Assembly (NCBI GenBank): GCA_016748015.1
Contig: JAAOMT010000231.1
Span: 64,968 to 128,967 of the forward strand
DNA: 64,000 bases
Reading direction: 5' to 3'
Origin: Geosiphon pyriformis uo1
Lineage: Eukaryota > Fungi > Glomeromycota
Below the pieces are notes generated by a model. The model saw nothing but the letters and a program-made list of their open reading frames with translations. It made no database searches and was not told the origin of the DNA. Positions 37,698 through 48,210 of the stretch are shown here, piece after piece (positions within the stretch are counted from its first letter, which is position 1; the number at the start of each line of letters is the position of its first letter). The position numbers and the translations under genes are program-made.

Positions 37698-37714
37698 TGG
37701 TGCTCTCTGTGAGG
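37698..37714 (+). promoter_or_regulatory. B2 primer-binding site
   Basis: TGGTGCTCTCTGTGAGG, identical to the A1 PBS, after a TAAAAG spacer. Confidence 0.88.
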
Positions 37715-37743
37715 TTGTCAAAATTTACTTATTCTCTCATTGT

Positions 37744-39312
37744 ATAGGTAATTACTCATATCTGCCACAGCAATCAGAAAAACACTTTGCAGCATACAAC
37801 AGAAACAACTTAGATTTCATTGAACTTAATCCTCTGTTCTCCTGCTTGATCTGCTTTCCCATTGAAAAACAATCTAGCAGACAATTCCAAGACTTTTAGA
37901 ACTGGTTCCTAAATGAGCATTCAGCTGAAACCTACACAACTTATACAACCTATTACTTTGATCAAGCTTATTTTGAAGACAACTTTGAAGAAAACTTTGA
38001 AGAAAGAAACAACAGTATCAATCAGCTCTTATATTCTACAATCTTTGAACAACAGTCCTCTGATTTCGAATATTTAAATCATCAAATCCACATTTGGATT
38101 GCTGCCCATCAATCAACAGTAACTCTCCTTGAAACAGAAGAAGAAAGTTACCAAACAGTCTCTATTTTTGATCTCTTCTTAAGTGAATCAGAGCACTCCA
38201 CACAAACAGTAACTCCTGAACCAATGGCCTAAAATCCAATACAAGTAAACATCCTGGCCACCCTCCAAAGCATACAAACTGCTTTGGGACAAAGAAACAA
38301 CACCCCACTACCCCTATTCAGAGATGATGCCCAAGATCCAATTGAATGGTTGGACAATTTTGAAAGAGCAGCCACTGCAAACCAGTATGATGATGAATAC
38401 AAGTTCCAAATTGTTGGTGGCTACCTCTAAGGCTCCTCTGCTACCTGGTTTTCACAAAAAACCAATGCTGGTGCTTAACAAAGAATTGTTAAATAGACTC
38501 CAGCAAATATTGGAGAAAACAATACCTCTTTCACTACCCAATTTGAAAACAAATTCAGAACTCCCATCTTAATATCCAAATGGCATATGGAATTAGAAAG
38601 AAGAACTCAAAGTCCTGGTGAAATTGTGACTGAATATGCCAAAGCAATTAGAAAACTCATCAAGTATGTAGACTTTGATAGAAACTGGACTGAAGAGCAA
38701 AAGATCCACTCCTTCACAAAAGGATTGAGAACTGATTTATCATATGCTTTTTGGCCTCTTTTGGCTCTGAAAGACAACCTTACAATAGATATGACTATTG
38801 AACTTGCCCAAAGAATTGAAAATAACCAAAGAATGCATCTGGGATCCACACTTCCAATTTTCACTTCTGCTCCTGTCATGACCCCTGCTCCTCAAGTGGC
38901 TGCTACTTCTTTTGCTGCCCAAACCCAAGACCCAAATAAACAATTGATAGATAGACTCACAGCTAACCTTGTCTAGTTATTAGAACTGTTGACACAAGCA
39001 GTCAGAGATAACCAGCAACCACCAAAACTTAAATATGAATCTCATTTTAACCAGCCCCAGCAACCTCCCTATCAAAGACAGCAAAATTGTGGCCCACCTG
39101 TGTGCTATCATTGTGGATTAACTGGACATTATTCAAGAGATTGTAACAATCTTCCACTGCCTTCTCCAGCTCTTAGAAACAATAATAACCAAAACAACAG
39201 ACCCAACAACAACAACAATGTCCTCAATCAAAGACCCAATCATGCCAACATCAATTTTTTTGGAGAGGATCTCTTAGTTGAAGCCACTGTTTATCAATCT
39301 TTAAACTGGTAG
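37744..39312 (+). pseudogene. B2 gag, disrupted
   Basis: CA-like QSPGEIVTEYA and FTKGL (38587..38976); CCHC knuckle CYHCGLTGHYSRDC (38989..39312); start ATG mutated to ATA (intact in B1). Confidence 0.88.
39300..39306 (+). promoter_or_regulatory. -1 ribosomal frameshift slippery site T TTA AAC
   Basis: X XXY YYZ in the gag frame, one codon before the gag stop; pol is in the -1 frame; conserved in B1 (59586-59592). Confidence 0.8.
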
Positions 39313-41404
39313 ACGCATTTCCAAAGGGTGAGAGTGCAAGCCAACCAGAAGAAAACCCCTTTTATGCTTTTAACTTAACTGATGATAACCATGACATGGA
39401 TGAACTAGCAATTAACACCTCATAACCAACCAGAAAGAAGAAGAAAGCCAAGGTTGATTTTGTTCTAGACCCCAACAAAGCCTTAACTTCTGCTGCTGAT
39501 AACAATGAGTCACCAAAGGCTAAAGTTTTTAAGAATCCTCCAAAGTTAGAACCCCCAGAAATTGTACAAAAATCTGGACCCTATTCCGTTGTCAAAGATC
39601 TTATGGAAACCCCAGCACATATTACCTTTGGCCAGTTAATGACCCACTTACAGTTCAGAAAGGATCTTCGCAAATCCTTGATTCCAAAAAAGAAGACACC
39701 AAAAACCCACAAGTGTTCTCGCCAAGTTGGATTTGCTAACAACAGCAATGTCACCCCTCTGATTTGTAAAGCCCAAGTGGCTGGATACTTTATTGATTTA
39801 ATTCTGGACAGTGGATTATCTGTTAGTGTCATTGCCAAACACTTCTTAGAAGCAATTGGTAGAAAGATTAATGAACCTTCCACCAAACCAATGACCAATG
39901 TACATGATAACAAAAAGAAAGAACTGGGTATTGCCAAAGCTGTTCCTGTCCACATCAATGGAATCAGCATTGAAACTGACATGAAAGTTTCTGAAGCCAA
40001 GGAATACACCATCATTGTTAACAATAAATGGCTCAAGAAAACAAAAGCTTTGCTTGATTATGAACTTTGTGAATTAACCATCAGATGTGGTGAGAAACCC
40101 ATTGTGGTTAAGTGCCACCATTGGACAACTCCTCCAGTATCTAAACAAAACCAAGAAGAAGAACAATCAGATGAATCAGATAATGAAAAGAGTGATGAAG
40201 AAGAAAAACAAGAAGAGCAAAAAGAAACTGTTGAATTTGCCTATACCATCTTCACCAGCAATGGCAAACTACTGGACAATATTAAAGCAGACAAAAAAGA
40301 AATCATTGTAAATGACAAGCTGATCTGCTGGCCTTATTATGATATTCTTAGAAGAACCTTTGAAAAAAAACCTGACAAGAAAGCCAAATACAGTTTTTGG
40401 TGGCATGGTCTTTGTGCCTGGTGTTGGTGCAACAAACCCTTGTATTCTCCAAACGATGAATGCAAATCATGCCTGATCTATTACAAAGATTGGAAACCAA
40501 TTAGTTTGATACCCAGAGAAGAATTGAAAGAAGTATAGAAGTCCTTTGAGAATAAACCACCTGAGATCCAATCACTAGTTGTAGAACAAAAAGAACCCTC
40601 CCCAGAAGAAAAAAAAATAGACATTGAAAATTTGCTGGCTAAAAATAGCCCAGTTATTTCCAAAGAAGGTGATACTCCTGGATGTACCCATGTGATACAA
40701 CACACCATTACCACCAGAGAAACTTGACCCATCCATTTGAAGCCTTATCAATCCAATTAGCACAATGATGAGTTTATTAAGAAAGAGATAAACTGGATGA
40801 AAGAACTTGGATTCATATAAGAAACCAAGAGTAAATGGGCTTTCCCAGTTGTAGTGGTATCCAAAAAAGGTGAAACACTACACTTCTGTGTTAACTACCA
40901 CTAATTAAATGCCATCACTAAAAGAGACATGTACCCACTTCCCAAGATTGATGCAATATTAAACCAATTTAAAGATGCTGCTTTCTTCTCAACCATTGAC
41001 TTAACTGCTGGATTCTGGCAAGTAGAGATGGATCCAGAAAGCAGAAAGAAAACTGCCTTTATCACCAAGTATGGCACCTATGAATTTACAGTCATGCCTT
41101 TTGGTCTCACCAACACCCCTCCTACCTTTCAATGCTTAATGGATAAAGTATTTGAATCAGTCAAGGAAAACTTTGTTCTAGTCTATTTGGACAACATAAT
41201 GGTATACTCAAAAACCTGGGATGAACACCTGAAACATTTGCAAAAGGTTTTTGACCTCCTCAGAAATGCTGGCCTCAAGATCAACCCAATCAAATCTTTT
41301 TTTGGAAAACAATCCACCCAGTTCCTTGGTCATCTTATCACAAAAGATGGAATCTTTCCTGACCCAGCCAAAGTTGAAAAAGTCCAAAACATCAAACAAC
41401 CAAT

Positions 41405-41424
41405 NNNNNNNNNNNNNNNNNNNN
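41405..41424. other. Assembly gap (20 N) flanked by an identical ~281 bp overlap
   Basis: 41124-41404 is repeated at 41425-41705. Confidence 0.9.
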
Positions 41425-43620
41425 ACCTTTCAATGCTTAATGGATAAAGTATTTGAATCAGTCAAGGAAAACTTTGTTCTAGTCTATTTGGACAACATAA
41501 TGGTATACTCAAAAACCTGGGATGAACACCTGAAACATTTGCAAAAGGTTTTTGACCTCCTCAGAAATGCTGGCCTCAAGATCAACCCAATCAAATCTTT
41601 TTTTGGAAAACAATCCACCCAGTTCCTTGGTCATCTTATCACAAAAGATGGAATCTTTCCTGACCCAGCCAAAGTTGAAAAAGTCCAAAACATCAAACAA
41701 CCAATGAACATTCATGAACTACGCTCTTTTCTTAGTTTGGCCTCTTATTATCGCAAATTTGTCAAGAATTTCTCCAAAATCGCCTCTTCTCTTAATCAGC
41801 TACTCAGGAAAAATGTCAATTATCATTGGAGAACACATCAGCAAAAAGCCTTTGAAACTTTAAAAGAAAAACTGGTTACAGAATCTATTCTTAAGCAATC
41901 TGATCTAGATTGACTCTTTATCCTCCACACTGATGCATCTGGCTTTGGACTTGGTGCTGTTCTCTTCCAAAAAGATGAAGATGGCAAAAAACATGCCATA
42001 GCCTATGCCAGTAGAACTCTTTCCCCAGCAAAACAGAACTATTCAGTTACTGAACAAGAATGCTTAACAGTAGTATGGTCTACCAGTTACTGGAGTAAGT
42101 ATCTTCTTGGTGTAAAGTTTTTGGTGGTAACAGATTACTAAGCTTTGGTTTGGCTGCACAACAAAAAGAGACTAGAACACAAACAGATAACTTGCTGGAT
42201 ACTCCACTTGGATGAATTTGACTAAGATATTCAACATTACAAAGGAGCTAATTATCAAAACATTGATGTTTTCTCCAGACTTACCATCCAGTGACAGAAC
42301 AACCCTTTCAAACCAAACCAACTTAATTATTAGTAATTCTCCTTTTTGACAAACACGATAATGGATTTGGACAACTACTCTGTCTTAATGGGAATTTTTG
42401 GGTAAAGGACAATACCCACTGAAATACACACGACAACAAAGAAAACATTTGTGCAAACAATCAAATTTCTATTTGATTCGCTAGAATCAACTTTATAAAA
42501 GAAATAGAAAAGATCCTGACTGCCCCCAGAGAGTCATTAGATTTGAAGAAAGAGAAATTGTGATCTACAATATGCACACTGATCCATTAGCTAGACACTT
42601 TGGAAAAACAAAAACAATTTAGAAAACTCTAACTCACTATTATTGGCCTACCTTGGAAAAAGACATTGCTGAATACATCAAAACCTGTAATATCTGCCAA
42701 AAAAAAGGAAAACCCAATTGCAAAGAAAATATTCATCCAATCTCTGTTGGTCAACCCTTTGACAGAATTGGTATAGATGTTGTTGGATCTTTAACAATAA
42801 CTTCTAATGGCAACAGATATATTATCACAGCTACCGACTATTTTACAAAGTGAGTAGAAGCAAGAACCACTCCAGACCAAACAGCAGTCTCAATAGCCAA
42901 TTTCATTTATGAAGATATTATTTGTTGCTACGGCTGCCCCAAAGAACTTTTATCTGACAGAAAAAGAGCTTTTCTCAGTACACTTGTTGAAGAACTTTGC
43001 AGAAAAATGAGAATACGTCACAAACTTTCCTCTTTTTATCATCCCCAAACAAATGGTCTAATGAAACGTTTCAATAGAACACTATGTAAAACCCTAGCCA
43101 AAACCAACAAAGAAACAAATTTATGGGACAAAGTACTGCCTTCAGCCTTGTTTGCTTATAGAACTGTGAATCATAACATAACAAGTTATGAATCTTTTTA
43201 TCTACTCTATAGACGAATAGTAATTCTACCAATATAAACTAATATTGAGACAATACCCTTTGAAGAAATAACAATAGGAAATTACAAAGACATTTTGCAA
43301 AAAAAACTTGGTACCATTCTTGACTCATTAGTAGAAACACAGATAATTGTCTTTAAAAAAATAAAACAATTCCAAGAGAAGCTTAAGAAAAAGAAAACAT
43401 ATAAAACACTTTCCTTAAGTGTTGGTAACTTAGTTTTAGAATACCATTTAGACAGAGACAATATCTATGGTGATAAATTCTCTAGCCAGTGGAAAGGACC
43501 CTTTATAGTCAACAAAGTTTTGAACAATAGTTCTTATATCTTACAAGATCAATATAGAACAATCTTCAATAATTGCCCTGTTCATGGCACATGACTCAAA
43601 AAATATCACAAACAACCTGA

Positions 43621-44373
43621 TTGGTTACCTGTTGTGGTAATACTGACCCAAATGATCAACAAAAATCAGATATAAATAAATGCATCATTCCCAAAACAGA
43701 GGTATTTTCAATTGACATAAACAATTATTTCCTAGATCAAAACATTCAAAACGCTTTCTACACTCTCCATGAGTACTGGATCAAAAATTATCCAAATGTT
43801 ACTCTGACCATTGGAAAACAAACCACCATAACTGATAACAGTGGAACACATACTGTTATTAGACCAAAGAAAACCACTACCAGAAAAGAAAGAATTAGTA
43901 GCAAAATGGATAAGTATTTGCTAGAAAGCATAACAACAGCAATACTTACACTTTCCATGACAATTGGAAAAACAATTAAGGAAATCTTGCCCATAGACAA
44001 AAACTTGTCATATGGAAGACAACTAGAATTCTATGGTCATCTTGGTGAAATCATAGAAGAAATGAAGCTCATGAAGAAAACAACTTCAGAGATACAAGTG
44101 GAAATTTTGGACATTATACGTTTAGATGTTTCAAGAGTTTTGACCATTGCAAGAAGAGCCAAAACTCTTATACAAAGATTTGGTTTCTTGGATACAAAGC
44201 TTATTTCGCCTCAAGTACTATACACTCTATCCACAAAAGACTTCAACAAACTAGTTAGTTTTGAGTTAGACAAAACCCTTCAATTAGAATACCCTATAAA
44301 TAGCTTGATTTTGCTAGAGCTCAATCTTTTTGGAGAGGATGATGTTATGGTTGAAACCCATAATTTTTATTAG
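43621..44373 (+). CDS. B2 ORF3, unknown accessory protein; open frame running through the PPT into the 3' LTR (true start uncertain)
   Basis: 250 uninterrupted codons after integrase; homolog in B1; no signal peptide or TM-like segment visible. Confidence 0.75.
   Translation: MVTCCGNTDPNDQQKSDINKCIIPKTEVFSIDINNYFLDQNIQNAFYTLHEYWIKNYPNVTLTIGKQTTITDNSGTHTVIRPKKTTTRKERISSKMDKYLLESITTAILTLSMTIGKTIKEILPIDKNLSYGRQLEFYGHLGEIIEEMKLMKKTTSEIQVEILDIIRLDVSRVLTIARRAKTLIQRFGFLDTKLISPQVLYTLSTKDFNKLVSFELDKTLQLEYPINSLILLELNLFGEDDVMVETHNFY
44332..44342 (+). other. B2 polypurine tract
   Basis: GGAGAGGATGA, preceded by a T run and directly before the 3' LTR. Confidence 0.75.
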
Positions 44374-45081
44374 TTATCACATGTATTAGCTACTGATGTT
44401 ATATAATTAGCCACTCTATTTTTAGATAGTGATCATTAACCTGATTAATAACCTAACCATTGACCTGATCATTGATCTGATCTTTGACTTGATCAATGAC
44501 CTAATTGTTGACCTGATCATTGACCTAATCATTGACCTAGTCATTGACCTAGTTGTTGACCACTTTCATTAGCTATATAAGCAATGAGTTTCTTAGCAGT
44601 AGAAAATCATCTCTTAGACAAGAATCAAATAAATAAAAATAACAACTTTCATCTCAATCACTCTCTTATTGCTAATTTTCCTTTCTCTACCTTCAAGTAT
44701 CCAAACATCTTAGGATAAAAGATTACTTGTTGGCCTTTTTCTGATGTATATAATTGTAGCATTTGAAGATTATTTGAATAAACATGACTGAAAAGCACAA
44801 GTTGATATCTGATATTGAATTCTAAGAGTACCAACGTGAGGCATAGAATTATACCAGTGGTGATTAATTGTTAACAGTACAGACTATCTTTCTACCTTTA
44901 GATTTCCCAGTTACCTTTGAAAAGAATAACGACTGAGATATTTTATGAGACTGATCTCGCACATTGAATCCATACTTATTTAATTTGCTCTTTGAAGTTG
45001 AATTCCCCTTTGATTATTTCCATCACCCTACAATCCTGTTTTTCCTTGCTATTTATTAGCTTGTTACTCCAACCCATAACA
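44343..45081 (+). repeat. B2 3' LTR (739 bp; eleven 12-bp U3 repeats)
   Basis: Direct repeat of 37013-37691 plus five extra units. Confidence 0.95.
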
Positions 45082-45742
45082 GTAGTAATCAAATTCCTAA
45101 TGGCATTGGAATTACAATTTAAATTTCTCAAAATAATTGCCATATGTTTCTAATAACTTTGCTTTCTTTTGTTTACTTTGAAATGGGATTTTGTTCAGTG
45201 GCATTGTCTTGCTTGCTGTAGCCATGCTTATTATATTGATAGTACTTCTGGGTATGTGGTAATATGATGGATTGGCAAGTGAATTAAATTTTTGTTTTTT
45301 TCAAGTGAGTAGTTGGATTTGTTTTGGTGTTTCTGCTGATGTTTGTAACCTTTCTTTTTTTTTGTTGACAAAAGTGATAGGAAATTTCTGCTTGGTGTAT
45401 TTTTCAATTTTCCTGTTTATTTTTGTAATTAGTGGTGCAAATAAGTAATTTTGTGGAAGAAGAGTGCTTTGAAGTAGTTCACTGAAGAAATTGTTAAAGA
45501 CAGATTTTGGATCTCCTTGGTCTCTCAAATAATATACTATTTTCTTATTAATATAACAATTAAAGGCTGATTCTGTTGGCCAATTATTATTTGTTAATTC
45601 AAGATAAGTGTAATAATGTTGGAATAAGAATTTTGCAAATCCCAAATGATTTGTCCCTGTTTCTTCAGATTCTGTTACTGTTTCGGATGGGTGCTATTGG
45701 TGCTGGTTTTCTGTTGGATTATAATTCACAAAGAGCACCAAA

Positions 45743-46594
45743 TGTTACAGATAATTATTTGAGGTCTCAAAGCAAATAACAATCTGTAACTTGGTGCTTA
45801 ATTGATGACATTGGTAATATTTGTAGATTTTTTGTATTTGAAGGTTTTTGGTTAAGTTCTTTGTATAATGGACAGAAATTCACTGATTGTTTTATCTGTA
45901 GCTTCTTGGAACTGCAATTCTATCAAATTTTTTTCTCAGCATGATGGCCAGTAATTTTCCTGGTAAGCTATTCTCAATCAAGTGTTTTACTCTTATTCCT
46001 GAATCTTTTACCAGTCACTATATTCTGATATTAGAACCTCCATATGTTAATCTTTTTATCAAATTAGTACTTGGAATAAACAAAGACAGAAAATAAAATA
46101 ACAAGAAAATAAAGAAAAGAAATTAAGTCTAGGTAAATAAAAGTTAGTATCCTGTTAATAGTTGTAATCAAGAGCTATTGTTTTAGTGTGATTAAGTATT
46201 AATTATTATTAATATAAAGTATTGATAGTAGGAAGTAGATTTGAGATATTGAATAATTATTTATTGATATTTATAATTTGGAAGATTGCTTAAATAAAAT
46301 TTAAACTAAGAGGTTTGTCTTTTCTACTTCTAATACTACTGCTATATATACATAATTGAGATTTCTCAATTCCTTAATTTTTTGCACCAGGAATTCTGGA
46401 ATTCTTAGAATCTTGCAATTCCTATAAGAAGAATTCTGGAATTCTGGAATCCTACGATTTCTTGTATGAAAATCCTGTAATTTCTGGAATCTTGCAATTC
46501 CTCTAAAGAGAATTCTGGAATTCCATATTTACTATGCCTACTTCTAATTGGTTAATTTATATGTTAATATACTTCTTATATTCTATGAATAATA
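45743..46594 (-). repeat. A2 5' LTR
   Basis: Adjacent PBS; repeat of 27805-28652. Confidence 0.93.
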
Positions 46595-47305
46595 GCATGT
46601 TGTATATTACAATTTCTCTTTTTTCAAATCTGATGACTCTCTGGAGATGGTCAAAATCTTTTTTGTTTCTTTTATATAATTGGTTCTGATAGATCAAATA
46701 GAAATTTGATTGTTTGTGCAAATATTCTCTTTGCTATTAAGTATATTCTGATGAGTATTATTCTTTATTCAAAAATTTTATTAAGGCAGAGTAGTTGTCC
46801 AAGTCTATTATCATGTTTGTTTGTGAAAGAGTTACTAATAATTAGGTTGATTTGGTTTAAGAGATTGTACTATTATTAGATGGTAAGTTTAGAGAAAGCA
46901 TTAGCATTTTGATGATTTGCTCCTTTGCAATATTGAATATCATAGTCAAATTCATTCAAGTAAAGTATCCAGCAAGTTATTTGTTTGTGTTCTAGCTTCT
47001 TTTTATTGTACAGTTAAACCAAAGCTTGATGATCTGTTATTACTAGGAATTTTATATCAAGAAGATATTGATCCCAATAACTAGTAGCCCAAACTACTGC
47101 TAAACATTCTTGTTCAGTAACTGAATAGTTTTTTTCTGCTGGTATAAGGGATCTACTGGCATATGCTATGGTATGTTTTCTGCCATTTTCATTTTTTTGT
47201 GAAAGGACAGCACCAAGTCTATAGCCAGATGTATCAATGTAGAGGATAAAAGATTGGTTAGTAACAAGTTTTTTCTTCAGAATTTCAAAAGCTTTTTGTT
47301 GATAA

Positions 47306-48191
47306 TATTACAGATGATTATTTGAGGTCTCAAAGCAAATAACAAACTCATAACTTGGTGCTTAATTGATGTAATAATGTTGGATTCTGAAAATTAATTG
47401 TATTTGAAGGTTTTTGTTAAGTCTTTTGTATAATAGACAGAAATTCCAATGTAATTTTCTTTAAATAGTGTTTCCAGTGTCAACCCACGAGTTAAGTAGT
47501 TGTTGTTCATTACTTTTCAGAATTGCAATTCTATTAATTCTTTTCTTGGCATGGTGGCTGGCAATTTTGTGGTAAGCTATTCTCAAATTTGAGTGTTTAT
47601 TCTTATTCCTGAGTCTTTTACCAATACTATATCCTGACATCAGTAACTTAGCACTTTAATCCTTTAATCAATTAGTACACAACAAGAAAATAACAAAACA
47701 AAGAAGAGAAAATAAAAAAAAATAATGAAATAAGCCAAGGCAATGAATGTTAGTATCCAGTCAATAGCCATAATTAAGAATTATTGTTTCAGTATGGTTA
47801 AGTATTAATTACTATCAACATAAAGTGTTGATAGTGGGGAGTGAATTTGAGATATTGAATAATTATTTATTGATATTTGTGGTGTGGAAGGTTGTTTAGA
47901 TCAAATTTAAATTGAGAAATCTGTCTTTTCTGCTTTTAATGCTACTGCTATATATACCTAATTTATGTTCTATGAGATTGCTCACATTTTTGAATAGTGT
48001 GCTATGATTTCTTAAGCAATGCTCACATTGCTAAGCAATATGTCCTAATTTTCTAATATTACTTCATATTGCTGAGCAATGTGCTGTAATTTCTGATATT
48101 GCTCTATATTGTTGAGCAATGTGCTCATGTGCTAATTACTACTTCCTTATTGGTTTACTATTTTCTATATCTGTTTTTTTTATGAGTAACA
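47306..48191 (-). repeat. A3 3' LTR
   Basis: Repeat of 56494-57358; ATTGCTGAGCAAT array at ~47975-48132. Confidence 0.93.
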
Positions 48192-48210
48192 TTATTTTCT
48201 CCTTTTAATA

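Larger units (their letters stand above)
39300..43675 (+). pseudogene. B2 pol (protease, RT, RNase H, integrase), disrupted
   Basis: Motifs ILDSG; YPLPKID, VMPFGL, YLDN (from YLDD); TDASGFGLGAVL; HPQTNG; WKGPF. Confidence 0.92.
37013..45081 (+). mobile_element. Ty3/Gypsy element B2 (family B), structurally complete, nested in A2 gag
   Basis: LTRs 37013-37691 and 44343-45081, PBS, PPT, TSD GTAA/GTAG; order gag-PR-RT-RH-IN-ORF3. Confidence 0.95.
29350..45720 (-). pseudogene. A2 gag-pol with dUTPase (~33408-33793), disrupted and interrupted
   Basis: Integrase 30782..31330, RT/RNase H 31785..32375, dUTPase DAGFDL and KGISGFGST, protease ~35000-35300, gag N-terminus 45301..45645. Confidence 0.9.
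27805..46594 (-). mobile_element. Ty3/Gypsy element A2 (family A), inserted in B1 integrase; contains solo LTR C and element B2
   Basis: Paired LTRs; TSD GTAT/GCAT (27801-27804, 46595-46598); PBS at 45724-45740. Confidence 0.93.

Noticed and set aside
41124-41705. Apparent tandem duplication of the RT core
   Set aside because: The copies are identical and separated by 20 Ns in otherwise heavily mutated DNA, which indicates an unmerged contig overlap.
44435-44564. 12-bp and palindromic arrays as CRISPR or as nuclear-receptor (AGGTCA) elements
   Set aside because: There are no unique spacers or cas genes and the arrays lie inside LTR U3; nuclear receptors are animal-specific, so the hexamer match is probably chance.
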